Origin: Saccostrea cucullata
Taxonomy: Eukaryota
Direction: 5' to 3'
NCBI RefSeq assembly: GCF_032062105.1
Contig: NW_026939884.1
Location: forward strand, 744,001 to 808,000
Length of the DNA: 64,000 nucleotides
Numbering within the stretch: position 1 is the stretch's first letter; the number at the start of each line of letters is the position of its first letter. Below, in pieces: positions 38,201 through 51,080 of this stretch. The notes below the pieces were generated by a model. It did no database searches. It had not been told where the DNA came from and saw nothing but the letters and a program-made list of their open reading frames with translations. The position numbers and the translations under genes are program-made.

Positions 38201-38438
38201 GATGTGTTACTCTGTGGTATCTTTTACAAGCTCACCAGAAACAAAATTATCAGCAGTCAAGTTAAAAGCTTTTCGTTAAGTTCTATGGTCGATACAATGA
38301 CCTTGTCAGCAAATACAATTTATAATTGAGTCAAATACTGACTGATGTTTTTCATAATAAGTGTTGGTCCATTATTTATACACTGAATTGACGATAGCTT
38401 TTCCGTTATTTCCCGATCATGGCAAAGAGCACACGGTG
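35265..38438. mobile_element. Complex tandem/inverted Naiad-type Penelope-like insertion
   Basis: Order: + 3' copy (35265-35940); + long copy (35940-37670) with CxC linker PPSCSC (36008-36025), NYSPAGHVITG, WIPKLHKNPYKQRYIAGSSKCSTKP, GIPMGSNCAP and FRYIDD (37321-37338); inverted 3' copy (37670-38235); + 3' copy (38245-38438), whose end resumes at 41989-42125. Confidence 0.85.
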
Positions 38439-41400
38439 CCCAGATAGCAGGATGTAATTGGACCTTTGTTGGGCCAACAATGCTCCTTATGTTGCCACCA
38501 TTTGTATTCAACATTGGGCCATCGGTAATTTTTCGGCCCTTAATCAAACCAACTTGTTGGCTTATTGTTGGGCCACTGTAACAGTTAATACTTGCCACTG
38601 TTGGGCCAATGTATTATTTCAATATAGGGCAAACGTTATTTTTTTGGGCCATTGTATAATGTTGGGCCAACTTTTCATCGGCCCTTAATTAAACCAACTT
38701 GTTGGCTTATTGTTGGGCCAATGTAACAGCTAATATTGGGCCACTGTCGGGCCATTGTATTTTTTAATGTTATCATTTTTGTACATTTGGGCCATTGTAA
38801 GCAATTAATATTGGCCCAACGGTAATTTGCTCATCGGCCCTTAATCAAAACTTGTTGGCTTCTTGCTGGACCAACGAACGGATATTATTGATGTTGGGCC
38901 ACTTATCTTTCAATATCAGGCAAACATCAGTTTGGACCAACGTTGGTTTGTATCTTAATGGATCTCTATCATGACAACTCATTTGCTCTTTACTGGTTGG
39001 CCATTTGTCCTCAAAATTGACAAACAAATACATATATCAAGGTTATACTAGTTTAGTACAGTTTAATTAAAAGCCCTTTAATACTATCTAAATATGCTAG
39101 ATTAATAGTTTAATACATATTCTCAATACATATCTCATAGCATTAATTAAAAACTGAGGAAAAAGAAATCAAAATATAAATTTAAATTATAACATACTAG
39201 TATTTTATTGCTCAGTGCATGAAGAAAACATTACATTGTAATAAAGAAATAAAAGTTGATGCTCACTTCAAGCGATACATGTAGGGTTACATGTCATTGA
39301 ATGTATACTCCCTCTCTGATGTAAATTTATGCACAAGTTCAGAAAAAACCAGGTATCAATAAGCAGGTCAAACAAATAAACAAAGCCCCCCTGTTCTTTT
39401 TTCATTTTGTTTACTTACACAAAAAATGTTTATTCTGCATCGTGTTTGTAACCGACAAACAGACACAGAAAAGGATAGAATACAGGTTTGTCACAGTACA
39501 TAACAGAAAAAAGCTAGGCACTGACACTTTCCATCTGATCCCTCTCCTAAAGTCTCCTCCTCCCCCTTCTTTTCTTCTCTGTCTTCTCCTCCCCCATCCC
39601 TGTCCTTGGCATACCTTAGCTACTCTTTGATTGTGTTTGAATGTCTTTTTAAAATCTCCAGTAGCACTAAAATTGTAGTATTTGGTACTTAATACATTTG
39701 TTACTTTTCTCAGTAAAGAGTAAACGTACGATTAAATTTACAAGTATATCACTATATGTTTAAGCTGTCAATTAAGGAATAACCGTCTTTTTTGTTTCAT
39801 GGTGTATTTAAGTGATTAGCTTGCATGATGAAGGCATTTATGCATAACATTTTACGCTTGATCATCATTATCATCACAACAATTTTGATTCAATGTTGCC
39901 CCATATAAAATGCATGTATAGAAAAACACTGAACAAATTTTAATTGAAAGAACCCAATTTATGTTAAGTACTGAATAAATTTTTTTAACTTCAACATTTT
40001 TCAAAATGTTTCATATGCACGACGTTAAGTGTATATAAGTAAATTAAGTGGTATCGGAAATATATTTTACTAGTCACACATTTCAATCTAAATAAGGGGC
40101 AAATTATTTATTGTTTTAACTGTATCAAAACATATTTATTTTATATTTTATTTTTCTTGTATAAAAACAAAACATTTAATCATTGATAATTTATTTTGTT
40201 TTGATAAGTTATAAGAATTTTAACAAGCCTTGTAAATTCATTTTAGCTAGCTTGTATTTTCAAGTAGGATTGGTTTATAGATTTATTTTTGATTGTAGAT
40301 ACGATCAGATTTGTTTATATACAGATTTGTAACAATTAAATGTTTGTACACATTGGCCCAAAATATCGGGCCGACATTGGGCCAAGGAGCAAAATGACAC
40401 TGGACCAACGTCATTTGCCAACATCGACCCAATGTTCCTATTGACGTTGATCAAACAATGTCGCATTCATTGGGCCAATGTTGGCGCAACGTTGGACCAA
40501 TATCTGTAGAAATAACACTCTACACTCAACGTTGGCCCAAAATATCGGGCCAACATTGGGCCGATGAGCAAAAAAAATGTCATTTGCCAACATTGGCCTG
40601 ATGTATTACACAACATTGGCCCAATGTTAGCATGCCATCTGGGGTACATGACCCAACAGCACCTGGCCTCTGCACTTCCCCGTGTCTGCTTTGCATTGAT
40701 TTGTACATGATATCGTTTAAAAACTAAACGTTAATTCAGCTGTGCCGAGGCAAACATATATAAATACTTACAAAGTGGATGCAGATATGCCAGGTATCAT
40801 CTTTACGCTCGCTGTGTCAAATTAAAAATTATTTTTGTTTTACCCATGAATCAGATTCAGAATCCCCAAACAAATATTTTCTCTCATGATAATAATTTTA
40901 TGATATAATGCGAACAGTTAGCCCAACATTAGCGCACCATTATACATAACCAGCTATCGATAATCCAGCCAGAATAAAGGTAACCCAACAAGATAATACA
41001 ACCATAATGTAAGATTAGGCCAACGATATTCTGCTATCTGGTTTATTACAAATAAATATAAGCATAAACTCAATACAAAAAAAAAGAATAAAACACTCTT
41101 TGGTGCTGTGATCATTTAAGTGCAAAGTTAAAAATATCATATCTAAGCAAGAGCAGTCATCCAATGATAAGCATGGACATAGAAAGTCCTCTTTATTATT
41201 TCAGAATGTGCCAACGTTGTCCCAACGTAAAGCTCAAAGCTAATTATAAAATTGACACCATCAATTAATTGTCAGTATAATAATATTGGGCCTACGTTGG
41301 CCCTATATGAATATCCCATCTTTTAAACACCTAAACAAAATAACACTTGTGTGTATTACAAACATTGTGCCAATGTTATCTACCAACTTGATAGGACACG

Positions 41401-41986
41401 TTCTTTAAGGGTGTATAGAAACAATGGGCCAACGTTAGACCAACATAAGACAATCAACTTGATAAGACATTTTCTTTAAGGGTGTATTAGAAATATCGGG
41501 CCAACGTTGGGCCAACATACTACTTGAACTTGATAAGGCACTTTCTTAAAGGGTGTATTACAAACAATGGGCCAACGTTGGGCCAACATAATACTAACAA
41601 CTTGATAAGACATTTTCTTTAAGGGTGTATTACTAACAATGGGCCAACGTTGGGCCAACATATTACTATCAACTTGATAAGACACATTCTTTAAGGGTGT
41701 ATTACAAACATCGGGCCAACGTTGGGCCAACATACTACTACCAACTTGTAAATACACTTTTCTTTAAGGGTGTATTATAAACATTGGTCCAACGTTAAAC
41801 CAATACCAGGATCCTTCCTTCCTTGGGAACTAAAGTGAATGGAAGTTGAATGGACCAACGTATGGCCAACATAGGAATTCTTTCATGGTCTGACTTGGTA
41901 ACATTGGTTTGGCCCAACGTTGTTCCCCCAACGCCAACCAAACAACCTTTTACAAATGTTGGCCCAACATAGTCATGCTATCTGGG
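38439..41986. mobile_element. CMC/EnSpm-like non-autonomous DNA transposon nested in a Naiad 3' UTR
   Basis: TIRs CCCAGATAGCA...TGCTATCTGGG with a 2-bp TSD TG (38437-38438, 41987-41988). Many subterminal ttgggccaa(cgtt) repeats. The interrupted Naiad sequence rejoins (acacgg|tg|gttgtaaccggtcagcagggga). Confidence 0.75.
41350..41800. repeat. ~61-bp tandem repeat, about 7 copies, inside the EnSpm-like element
   Basis: Unit approximately aacttgataagacattttctttaagggtgtattacaaacaatgggccaacgttgggccaacatactact. Confidence 0.85.
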
Positions 41987-41988
41987 TG

Positions 41989-42125
41989 GTTGTAACCGGT
42001 CAGCAGGGGATACTCACTCCTCCATGGCATCTGATTTTTGGAGGTCCTTGTTTGCACTGCTCCTATTTTTTTTTGCTTTATATACTTTTCATCTTAAATA
42101 CTGTTCGTTATCTCCATATGTTTAA
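41989..42125 (+). mobile_element. Remainder of the Naiad 3' UTR displaced by the EnSpm-like insertion
   Basis: gttgtaaccggtcagcaggggatactcactcctccatggca..ctgttcgttatctccatatgttt. Confidence 0.8.
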
Positions 42126-45100
42126 TCTTATATAGGTTCTTTTAATTTCTTTTACAACATGGAAAAAAATGTATTTCACAATTTATGGGTTTAGGTAAAT
42201 ATAGGCATTGCATTCTTTATGTTCTTATTTTTCGAATTCATCGGTAGTGTAACAGCATCGGTCCTTCAAAAAATCATTATACCGCACTCAATCTGTTAGG
42301 AAAATCATTTTTAGTGCTGTTCTTTACAAAAGACTGGATATAGAAATAAGATACCTGTGCTTGTCAAATATTCTTAAGCAGATATTTTATAAAGTGTCTG
42401 AATGATGAATTTTATGGGGAAAAACAAAATGGTAAAAAATCGGAAAAATCACAAAGGCTGATTTTTTTTTTTTACCATTTTGCTTTTCATAAAATTTACC
42501 TGGTTTGCTATTTTTTTCCTTAAGTTCATATTACACTTTTAGCACAAAACTAATATAATCTGAAATTTGTTTTCATCTGTAAACCTTTACTGAGTGTGAT
42601 TTGTCCATATTTGTATTTTTTGAAGTATTAATCAATATTTTACAAGTCTATTTAATTTTTCAAGTCTAATGAGAAAAAAATTCAAAGAGTAAACTTCCCT
42701 AAACCATGACAGGTATCTGAGAAACTTAATTTGTGTTTTGAGGAAATCGAATTTGAAAACTTTCCCATATAAATCTTCATGAGTAATTTTTTGGTTTTTT
42801 TTTTTTAAATACAGAATTATTCTTTTTTATCTTACCCCAGCGCAAAGAGAATTAAGACGTTATGCGTTATATATTGCAGCAAACCAGTTTCCAATTCAGA
42901 GATCCTTTTGCAATACTGAATGAAAAAGGAAAATTTCACTCGGTGAAAATATTGATCTTTTTTTTCACAGATGTATATCTATTAGGATGAATGTATACTT
43001 ACCAAAATGAGAGAACGATTACGCAATATCTCTGACAAGCAGGAATCTCTGCTATTGATCTGATTCGTTGCATAATCATAGAGTTTCTTCTCTAAGTTTA
43101 TAGTTAGACTGATTGTTGCACCCATAGGATTTCCACTGAGAATCATTCGTGACTTTGCAATAAAAGAATCTGATATTCTATTCTGCAATGCATTTTTAAA
43201 AAATGCCTGTCTGTGATGAAAATGCCAGACTTGCTTACTTCATGTTGGTTACTACAATATGTACATCTTTTGGATTTAAAAAAGCGCTACTATATAATCA
43301 ATACAGATATATTATAATTTTAAACATTCAATAATGAGGTTATATAGTTTCAAATAAAAGCCATTCAAATTTGATCATTTTGAAACATATATCGACTAGT
43401 TTTATTTTCTTTCCGTCATAACTGCAATCATTTCTTCCAATATATATCTTGTAGCATTTAAGTCTACTTTAACAAAACATACGAGTTTTGATTCTTTTTT
43501 ATATATTAGAAATATATATATTATTAATTTATTATATATATTTATTCTATTCCATGTCAAGAGAGAAAAAATAAAAAAAAATGTTAAAGGTATAGAATAC
43601 GTCTAAATTGTCTGATATTCTCGGGTGAAGGCCATTAGTTGCACAAGTGATCCTCGAATGTTGGGTCGACGATGTAATGACGATAACGTGAGAATGATGA
43701 CGTGATGATACGAACGAAAACGATAACGCGATAACGACAATGCAATACTGAAAAGTTTGGAGAAAAATACAAAAAAAAAAGTTTTGTTCAAGAGTATTCT
43801 CCAAAAAAAAATTCCAGATATAGAAAAGAAATATCAAAAACTGATAACAAAACAGAACAAATATCATAGTAAATTTGAAAATACTAGTAATTGTATTATT
43901 TAAGAAATCCGAATTAGTCAATAAAGTTTACTTCGTGAGAAGTTTTAGCCGTAGAATGTTTGAACTCGCTCAGCACTACCCTCAGACAGGAATTTCTATA
44001 TATAATAAATATCAAAAATAGCTAAATTGGTGGAGACTTATCAGATACTGGTACAATACACGACGAAGAACATATCTCACGTGTCCCCTAGGAGAGAAAG
44101 AAGGCGTATATATAAATAAAAACATTAGGCTTTAAAGTTAAGTTCATGTTTCCATTTTGACCACATTTATTGTTTATTTATCACCATTATTAGACATATA
44201 TATATCTCCAAATTTGTAACTCTTTACAAATCGTTATTATTGTGCAGAATATTGTAAACTGAAAAAAAAACACTCGGTGATTCCTTTCCTTTGCTCGATC
44301 GATAAGAGAGCTGGTGCACAGGAATTTCATATTCCAACGTGTCGTTTCCAACAGTAATCAAGCTGATCTCAATACGGAGGGATTTGCTGCGTTGCAACTA
44401 ATGCCGGAATAAAATATGTCATTCGGAAAAATAAACTAACATGACAGCTGATTTAATCGGTGTGTTCGAACTTTAAGGTCAGGTTGTGTTGTTAGGAATG
44501 GTGTCTCTTACATATAGAGATTGTGATTCGCTGTACTTTAGCGATCGATTAGAGGTATTGATCTAAGAGCATCATATGCACGTTATGTAATCGAAATTCT
44601 TTGTTTTGCTTTTAGTGTAGCTTTTGACGGCTGGAGCGTCAGGGAAACAAATGTTAAATTGACAAAATGCCTCAAAATTAAGTGTCTAAAAGCCTCTAAA
44701 GCGTCATCACTCTAGAAAATTAATTTGTTTACCTTATCACACAGAGTGTAAGTTGAGATTGTCTCCCTTTTTAGAAATGGAAAAATTGCTTTGATTATTG
44801 TGTTTAATTCCTTGATTTTGGTGAAATGCAGGAGGGGGTGTATAAAAGACACTAGAGGAAACTAAATTCAATGAAATTAGAAAACCCTTTAAGTTGTTTT
44901 AAATAATAAAGCATTGGGTGCAAATAAAACAATATATTTTTTTTTACCAATTCTTCGTTTATTTGGTAGTTGAGCTACAGAGAACTTGAAATATTTTAAT
45001 CTTTGATCATTCTGTATACTAAGTTGAATTGATGCAGAAGGCAAATAAAACCGGGTCATATCACGGGACAGCGATTAAAATTACACACGGGTTTCTATTT

Positions 45101-45584
45101 ATAGTAAATGAATATCATAATTGTAAAGAATGCACATGAGGTTTGGTAAAAAAAAAAGTGATGATGAAACGTCAGTAATTATTAAAAAAATCTACAATAC
45201 AGAACACACTTTGTAAAACCAAGTTCACCAATTTTCCAGGGATGAGATCAGGTACTTACAATGTATTTTTTTGTTAACCGCTCACATCCGCCGAAAACCA
45301 TATATATTTTTTCAGGTAGACTGAACATACCGTAGTGTATAAGCCAAAATGATAGGATATATTAGCTTACAAGTTGTTAAGCGCCCATGCATTGAATTTA
45401 TAATTAAGAGATTATTGAAATCCCTGTAACATCAACTTAGCTGTTAGTAGTGTGCCTTGGTTTAAAACGGGATCATATGCAGATCATCCTTATGCTGGAT
45501 GATGTCAGCGGCATATGAAGGTGGTAGTGAAATTATACTGCATCCACAGGAAGAGTTGACGATAGAAAAATTTGAAGTTGCTTT

Positions 45585-46040
45585 TGTCCTTCATCACCAG
45601 CATACGGAGTTTATATATCTCAGTTGATTCGATACGCCAGGGCATGCTCTACATGTACCTACGAACAATTTTAAAACGAGATAAATTATTGACAAATAAG
45701 TGGATGAAACAAGAATATCAGCAGTCTCGTTTAAAGTCATCATTTCATATGTTCTATGGTTAATACAATGACCTTGTCAGTAAATACAATTTATCATTGC
45801 TGACTGACGCTTTTCATACTGATTGTTAGTCCATTATTTATACACTGAATTGACGACGGATGTTTCCGTTATTTTCGATCTGACAAGGAGAACACGGCGG
45901 GTGTGACCGGTCGGCAGGGGATGCTCACTCCTCCATGGCACCTGATCCCACCTCAGACGTTTTAGAGGTCCTTGTTTGCTCTGCTCCTATTTTGTATTGT
46001 TTTATGGACTTTTGATCTAGAATACTGTTATGTTTCATAC
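45585..46040 (+). mobile_element. Naiad-type PLE copy (RT C-terminus + 3' UTR), inside or beside an older minus-strand PLE remnant (~45200-45580 and ~46070-46150)
   Basis: PSSPAYGVYISQLIRYAR..LKSSFHMFYG followed by an intact 3' block. Confidence 0.8.
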
Positions 46041-49000
46041 ATTATAATTGTAGATGGCTGTTCCTTTCATGATCAGTAAAACATTCAAATATAAAACAGA
46101 TGTGACAGACACTGTGCTTCTATTATTTCACATTTACTGGGATGTTTCTAGTCTACATATGAACATGATGAATGTAGAAACTATTTAAACAGATCTGGCG
46201 GATCGAGAGAAATGTTTTATCATGTGTTGAAAAAACTTAAACTTTAATTGAAGGTATTGACTTTTTGAATTTTCTAAACGTTCTTTGGAGTTTTGAAAGA
46301 ATTCCCATCTGAATTACGTCACACATAGAATACCGGTATGCTGCAGAATAGCGTGTTTCAAGTTTTTATGCACAGCAGATTAGTAGTATATTTTTCTATT
46401 TTTGTAATGAGTAAAGACAAAGACTTGGTACAGAATCTGTTGGACCCGGCAATGCATCTTTGTTTGTAAGGATTTTTATGAAATTTAGGAGTTAAGTAAA
46501 GGAAGAATAGACCGAACTCACATTGATTGTCTGGAATGTTAAAATTTTTAATATTGAAAAATGATTCTGAAGAGTTTCATCCTCAGAAAGTAAACTATTT
46601 GTGTAAGCTGGATTTACCAGACCTAGAATGAAACCCAAAGTTCTTCTGCAATATGGATACAATAAGAAACCTTACAATCACAGACGATTTATTACCCTTT
46701 CTGCTGGAATCATAAAATGTACATGTAGTCTAACTTATTTGTTTCTCGCCTCCACTTTTGTGAAAACGAAAGAATAGATGGTTTGCATATTGCACAGTAT
46801 GGAAATGATATGTAATGACAAAAGCCTAGACAAACCATGTATTTTAAAGTGAGATGTATCAATATAATATAAATATATTAAATCACCATTACCGTTGTCC
46901 ACAAGCTAAATTATGTAAAAACTTTTGAAGGATTGATTATACTTCTCCACTTTAGAACTCTAAGTAAAATAATTTATTTCATAACAAATTATATTTATTA
47001 AATGGATCAACAGTTACAAAATGATGTATTTAGCAGCAACATGTAGTTGGTCTTCATTTAGTTGGCCTTACTTTTGACTTTGAATACTAAGAGGGAAAGA
47101 AATTCATAATAGTTTGTTGAAGCATTAGTTCAAGATTTAATCTGATTTCGATATGCTGTAAGTATTATACCCTATCATGTCTTAAGTAGTTGCCTATTCA
47201 AGCTGCTAACATAGATAGAACGCGGACAATCCAAAACATAGTTCTGTCCGTTTTCCAGGATCTCGACCGTAGCTTCGTTTATTAGCCATGTTTATTGGAC
47301 TAATATCATCAGCCCAATACATCCCCATCCACATGTTACAAGGATCTAACAGCTGCCGAGGTTTCTAATGTGAAGGGAAACGCAAGGATCCCGATAAATT
47401 TTTAATGATGCGATGAGCAATAAACGACGAACATCGAGTTGTCATGGAATATTATCCTAGCTCTGGTGGGGCTGTTGAGACACAAATGTTCAGAATTTGC
47501 TAATTAATGTAAGTTGCATTATAAGGAATTTACGACTCTAACAACTGTAATGTTGTGTGTAAATTCATTACAAGGTTCATGAGACAATCATGAGCAATGT
47601 GAATAAAAACACAAGCGCACTTGTTTACGAGGTAATATTGATCTTTTGGGGAAATGTTTTTCAAATAATGCTCCATAAAGCACATGCAAAAACATTTTTA
47701 ACTAGAAATTATTATTCAGAACGTACTTCCTATTATCAAATAAACATAAATATCCATTTAGCCTTATTTCTACATGCGATAACTTAATTTTGAAATTCAA
47801 TGCTGTTTTTTAAAAGAAATAATTATTTTGAGATAGAAAAAAATAGATTGATTTTTTCGTAACAGCTTTTCGCTGCATTATACTTTATCCATTTGTAATG
47901 AATAATAATAATAATATACATAAAAAAGGAGTGCAATAAGTGCGAAAATCTTGCCGGAAATGTAATAGACGATTTCCCAAAGGATATTGAAACAATATTT
48001 GTCTCTCTCCTTTCTGAAACTTTCACGAAGTAATGGTTATAAGAATACTGAAGTGTTGAAGGAGGCCAAAATGTTTCAAAGACGCAATCTTGTTCCATTT
48101 CAACCTCATCTGTTATTCTTTTGTTAGCTGCGCTCGCGGACTGTAGTTTTTCTTTCTCCTTTTATGAGACATTCTCGAGAGAAATCTTTTGTTCGTTTTT
48201 ACTTGTTGGAGACCTTTTTCCATGCTTACATTGGAGACACTGTTGTAAGGGGAATAGGACTTCTCATCACAGAAGGTAATATGATGGACCAGGAATAATA
48301 ATTGTCATAATTTCATTTAAAGCTATGTCATCAAATAAAAGCATTACACAGCACAATTCAAAATTTGATTTCAAATTAACCATTTTAAAAGTCTTTTGAA
48401 ACATCTTACAACCTTTGATTTCCAAAACTCTCAGATTTGAATTTCATTTCTCAGAAGGTAATTCGGTTTAGTGCTTTTTGTCTAATTGCGTGCCTTATCT
48501 TGAAGTTGACTTCTTTTGAGGAAAGGTTCGGGAGCGACAGACCCGCCATAAGACTGCTGCTAATCAAATACAACTGCAGATGATGTTTTACTCTCTTGAA
48601 AATCAATAGCGCGACATTGGCACTGTATCTGTTCCATAGGAATTACCTTCTTCTCGTGCAATGGGACAAATCTATAGAATCAACAAACTCCAAGGTAAAT
48701 ACACGTATGCTTTCACTGCTTTTCTCGATCATTTCAGTTTTTCTAAAACTTCTGAATTAGATGGATGTTATTTCTTAGAGAGCTTATAAAATCAGATTTA
48801 TGAGCATAATCCTGCTTTCACTGTTTCATTGATATTATAATTATTCTATTATTAATGAATTAGGATTATTGAACCTCTATGAGTTGTTTTGCTGCAAGTC
48901 GTAGAGAAATGTTTTATAAATGTGTCTTGGATTTTACTGTTCATACATATTTCATTACTTGAAGAGAATGGAAACACGTTTTCAATGAGGGAAACATCAA

Positions 49001-49465
49001 CATTTGATCTTTGAAGGATATAACATCTCTTACAGAATGGAAACCTAACTAGACCATAGTAACTCCATAGTTCGCTAGAGTTGTGTATTGAACTGTAGAG
49101 AGGATATGTAGTCAATAAGAATATATGTACTCTGTATGAAAGATGAGAATAATGAAACTCACGGAATATTCTACTCATAACAGACGCCAGATTCCACTGT
49201 GTTGAAGAGGCGCCATTTCCACTGGGAGAATTTCCAAAAACAACGGTCTGGCACGTGATACAGATCGCACTAATAAAAGAATGGGCCTCTTTTTCGCCAA
49301 ATAGAGTAGAAATGGCATCACGTCACAATATGGTCGTCTGCTGCCGGAGCCTTGTCCGTAGCTGCGGATCAAAGTTATTCCCGTCTTATTTTCTTTAGTA
49401 CACTTGGACCAGACTTACATTATCAATCGACCGTTTAGTCATTAAATTAATGTGAGACATCGGCT

Positions 49466-49739
49466 ATGCAGGATGAGACAACTCAGGCCAATATTTTGGA
49501 CGAACTTGGTGCCACCCCTGTCCGGAAAAATGGACATATTTCAGGGGATAATGAGCGGATTATTCTCAATGTGGGAGGTGTCCGGCATGAGACCCACGTC
49601 TCTACTCTCCGGACTATCGCCAACACTCGGCTAGCCAGACTGGCTGAGAGACACCTAATGTTAGAACATAAACGTGAGGAATACTTCTTTGACAGGCATC
49701 CCTCCGTCTTTAACTCTGTGATAGATTTCTATAGAACGG
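49466..49739 (+). CDS. Voltage-gated potassium channel, Shaw/Kv3-like; first coding exon (T1 tetramerisation domain)
   Basis: ERIILNVGGVRHETHVSTL..TRLARLAE..EEYFFDRHPSVFNSVIDFYRTG, followed by a donor G|GTAAGT at 49740. An in-frame stop lies upstream of the ATG. The next exon may start at the acceptor ttttatag|63998 at the window edge. Confidence 0.8.
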
Positions 49740-49782
49740 GTAAGTTAATGTTTCCTAATTCTGTGATTTCTAAAGAACGGAT

Positions 49783-49993
49783 TCTGTGAAATCACTTATT
49801 TTCGTAGGGGTTTGATTTTCGTTATTTTCAAGGTATGGAGAGACCCACAGATTTATGACCACTTGGAAATATAAAATTTCATATGCATTACTATTCAACA
49901 CTTCTCCAACAACAAAATCAAATTTCCACAAAGCAATAGTTTTCCTCAAACCTCGAAAACTACACACGACAAAAATATGTGATTTTACTGTAT
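49783..49993. mobile_element. Small MITE (ctgtgaaatcac...gtgattttactg termini)
   Basis: Imperfect inverted termini ctgtgaaatcacttattttcgt / acgacaaaaatatgtgattttactgta. Confidence 0.5.
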
Positions 49994-51080
49994 AAATTGA
50001 AATTTTCTTATCTTTGTCAAAATTGGCAAATTTCAAATGGATGAATGATTCTTGTTCCTTTTCTTAATCTTTCCTAATAGTTATTATCACCGTGTAAGTT
50101 TTTTCTTCTCTTTCTCAGATATGAATTAATCCTCTATTTACGTTTGTTTATAATTAGTAGGTACTGTGAACTTCTTGTTGTACATTCACTGAACGTTAAA
50201 TGGAAATTTTCGAAAAAAATATTACTGTTGTACTAATGGGCTTTTGAGCTTGAATACTGTTTGTTGTATCCATATATCTCATAGTACAGTTAAGGAATAT
50301 AGTAAGAGAGGTGTGGTGGATGCAACATTTGCAATTCAGCCTTAATTCTTGACGATCTATTCGGCTTGTATTGCGTGTTGATGGGTGGTAAGTTATATGC
50401 ACATAGGGGACGTTAATACTATTATACCATGGTAACGTGGGGGCTAGCTCTTCCATGGGACCCTTGTTTTATCAATATGAATGTCATTTGATAGCAGTAC
50501 AGTTCAAAGGCCTTTCATAAAATTGGCTTGATATGAACATTATGTCTTCATGTGGACAAATATATATATAAGAAAATTACTATTTTGCACAAAACGTCTT
50601 AGCTTCGTTTCACATTCGAAATTGATATGGCATTAACAAAATAATAATTTTGATTAAAAGTTGTCATTATTAGTATTGGTCGTACGTATAGCTTGTGTCA
50701 ACAGCGTTAATTAGTAGGTACACAGGACTATTGCATTAACACTTTCTAATTGTTGGGAACCTAAAACAATAATAATAATCATATTATATGTAGCATACAA
50801 TTTATTTTATATTTAAAAGTATTGTTGCAGGTAAACTCTAAAGGTGTACAGGATTTTAACTCAAGGTCATACGTTAAAAGTTAAAGTCATGAGGCAATGG
50901 AATCAAGTGTGCCATTAATTAAGACGTTAGATAACAGTGTATGAAGCATTTTTCCTAGCAGATTCCTAAAGTTTCTACGTCTCAATGTCATATCTCCAGT
51001 GTCAAGGCTAAACGTCGAATTCGTGCCTGATATTTACATTTTGGCAATTCTTCAGAATACATCTGTCGACAGTGTGTATA

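Noticed and set aside
41350-41800. CRISPR-like 61-bp periodic repeat and ORF 41476-41757
   Set aside because: The intervening sequences are themselves near-identical, so this is a minisatellite within a transposon. The ORF is a repeat translation.
43590-44000. ACGAT-rich segment as a third IS3EU-like element, and ORFs 43547-43921
   Set aside because: The termini match only loosely (tatagaa..ttctata) and there is no TSD. The ORFs are low-complexity translations.
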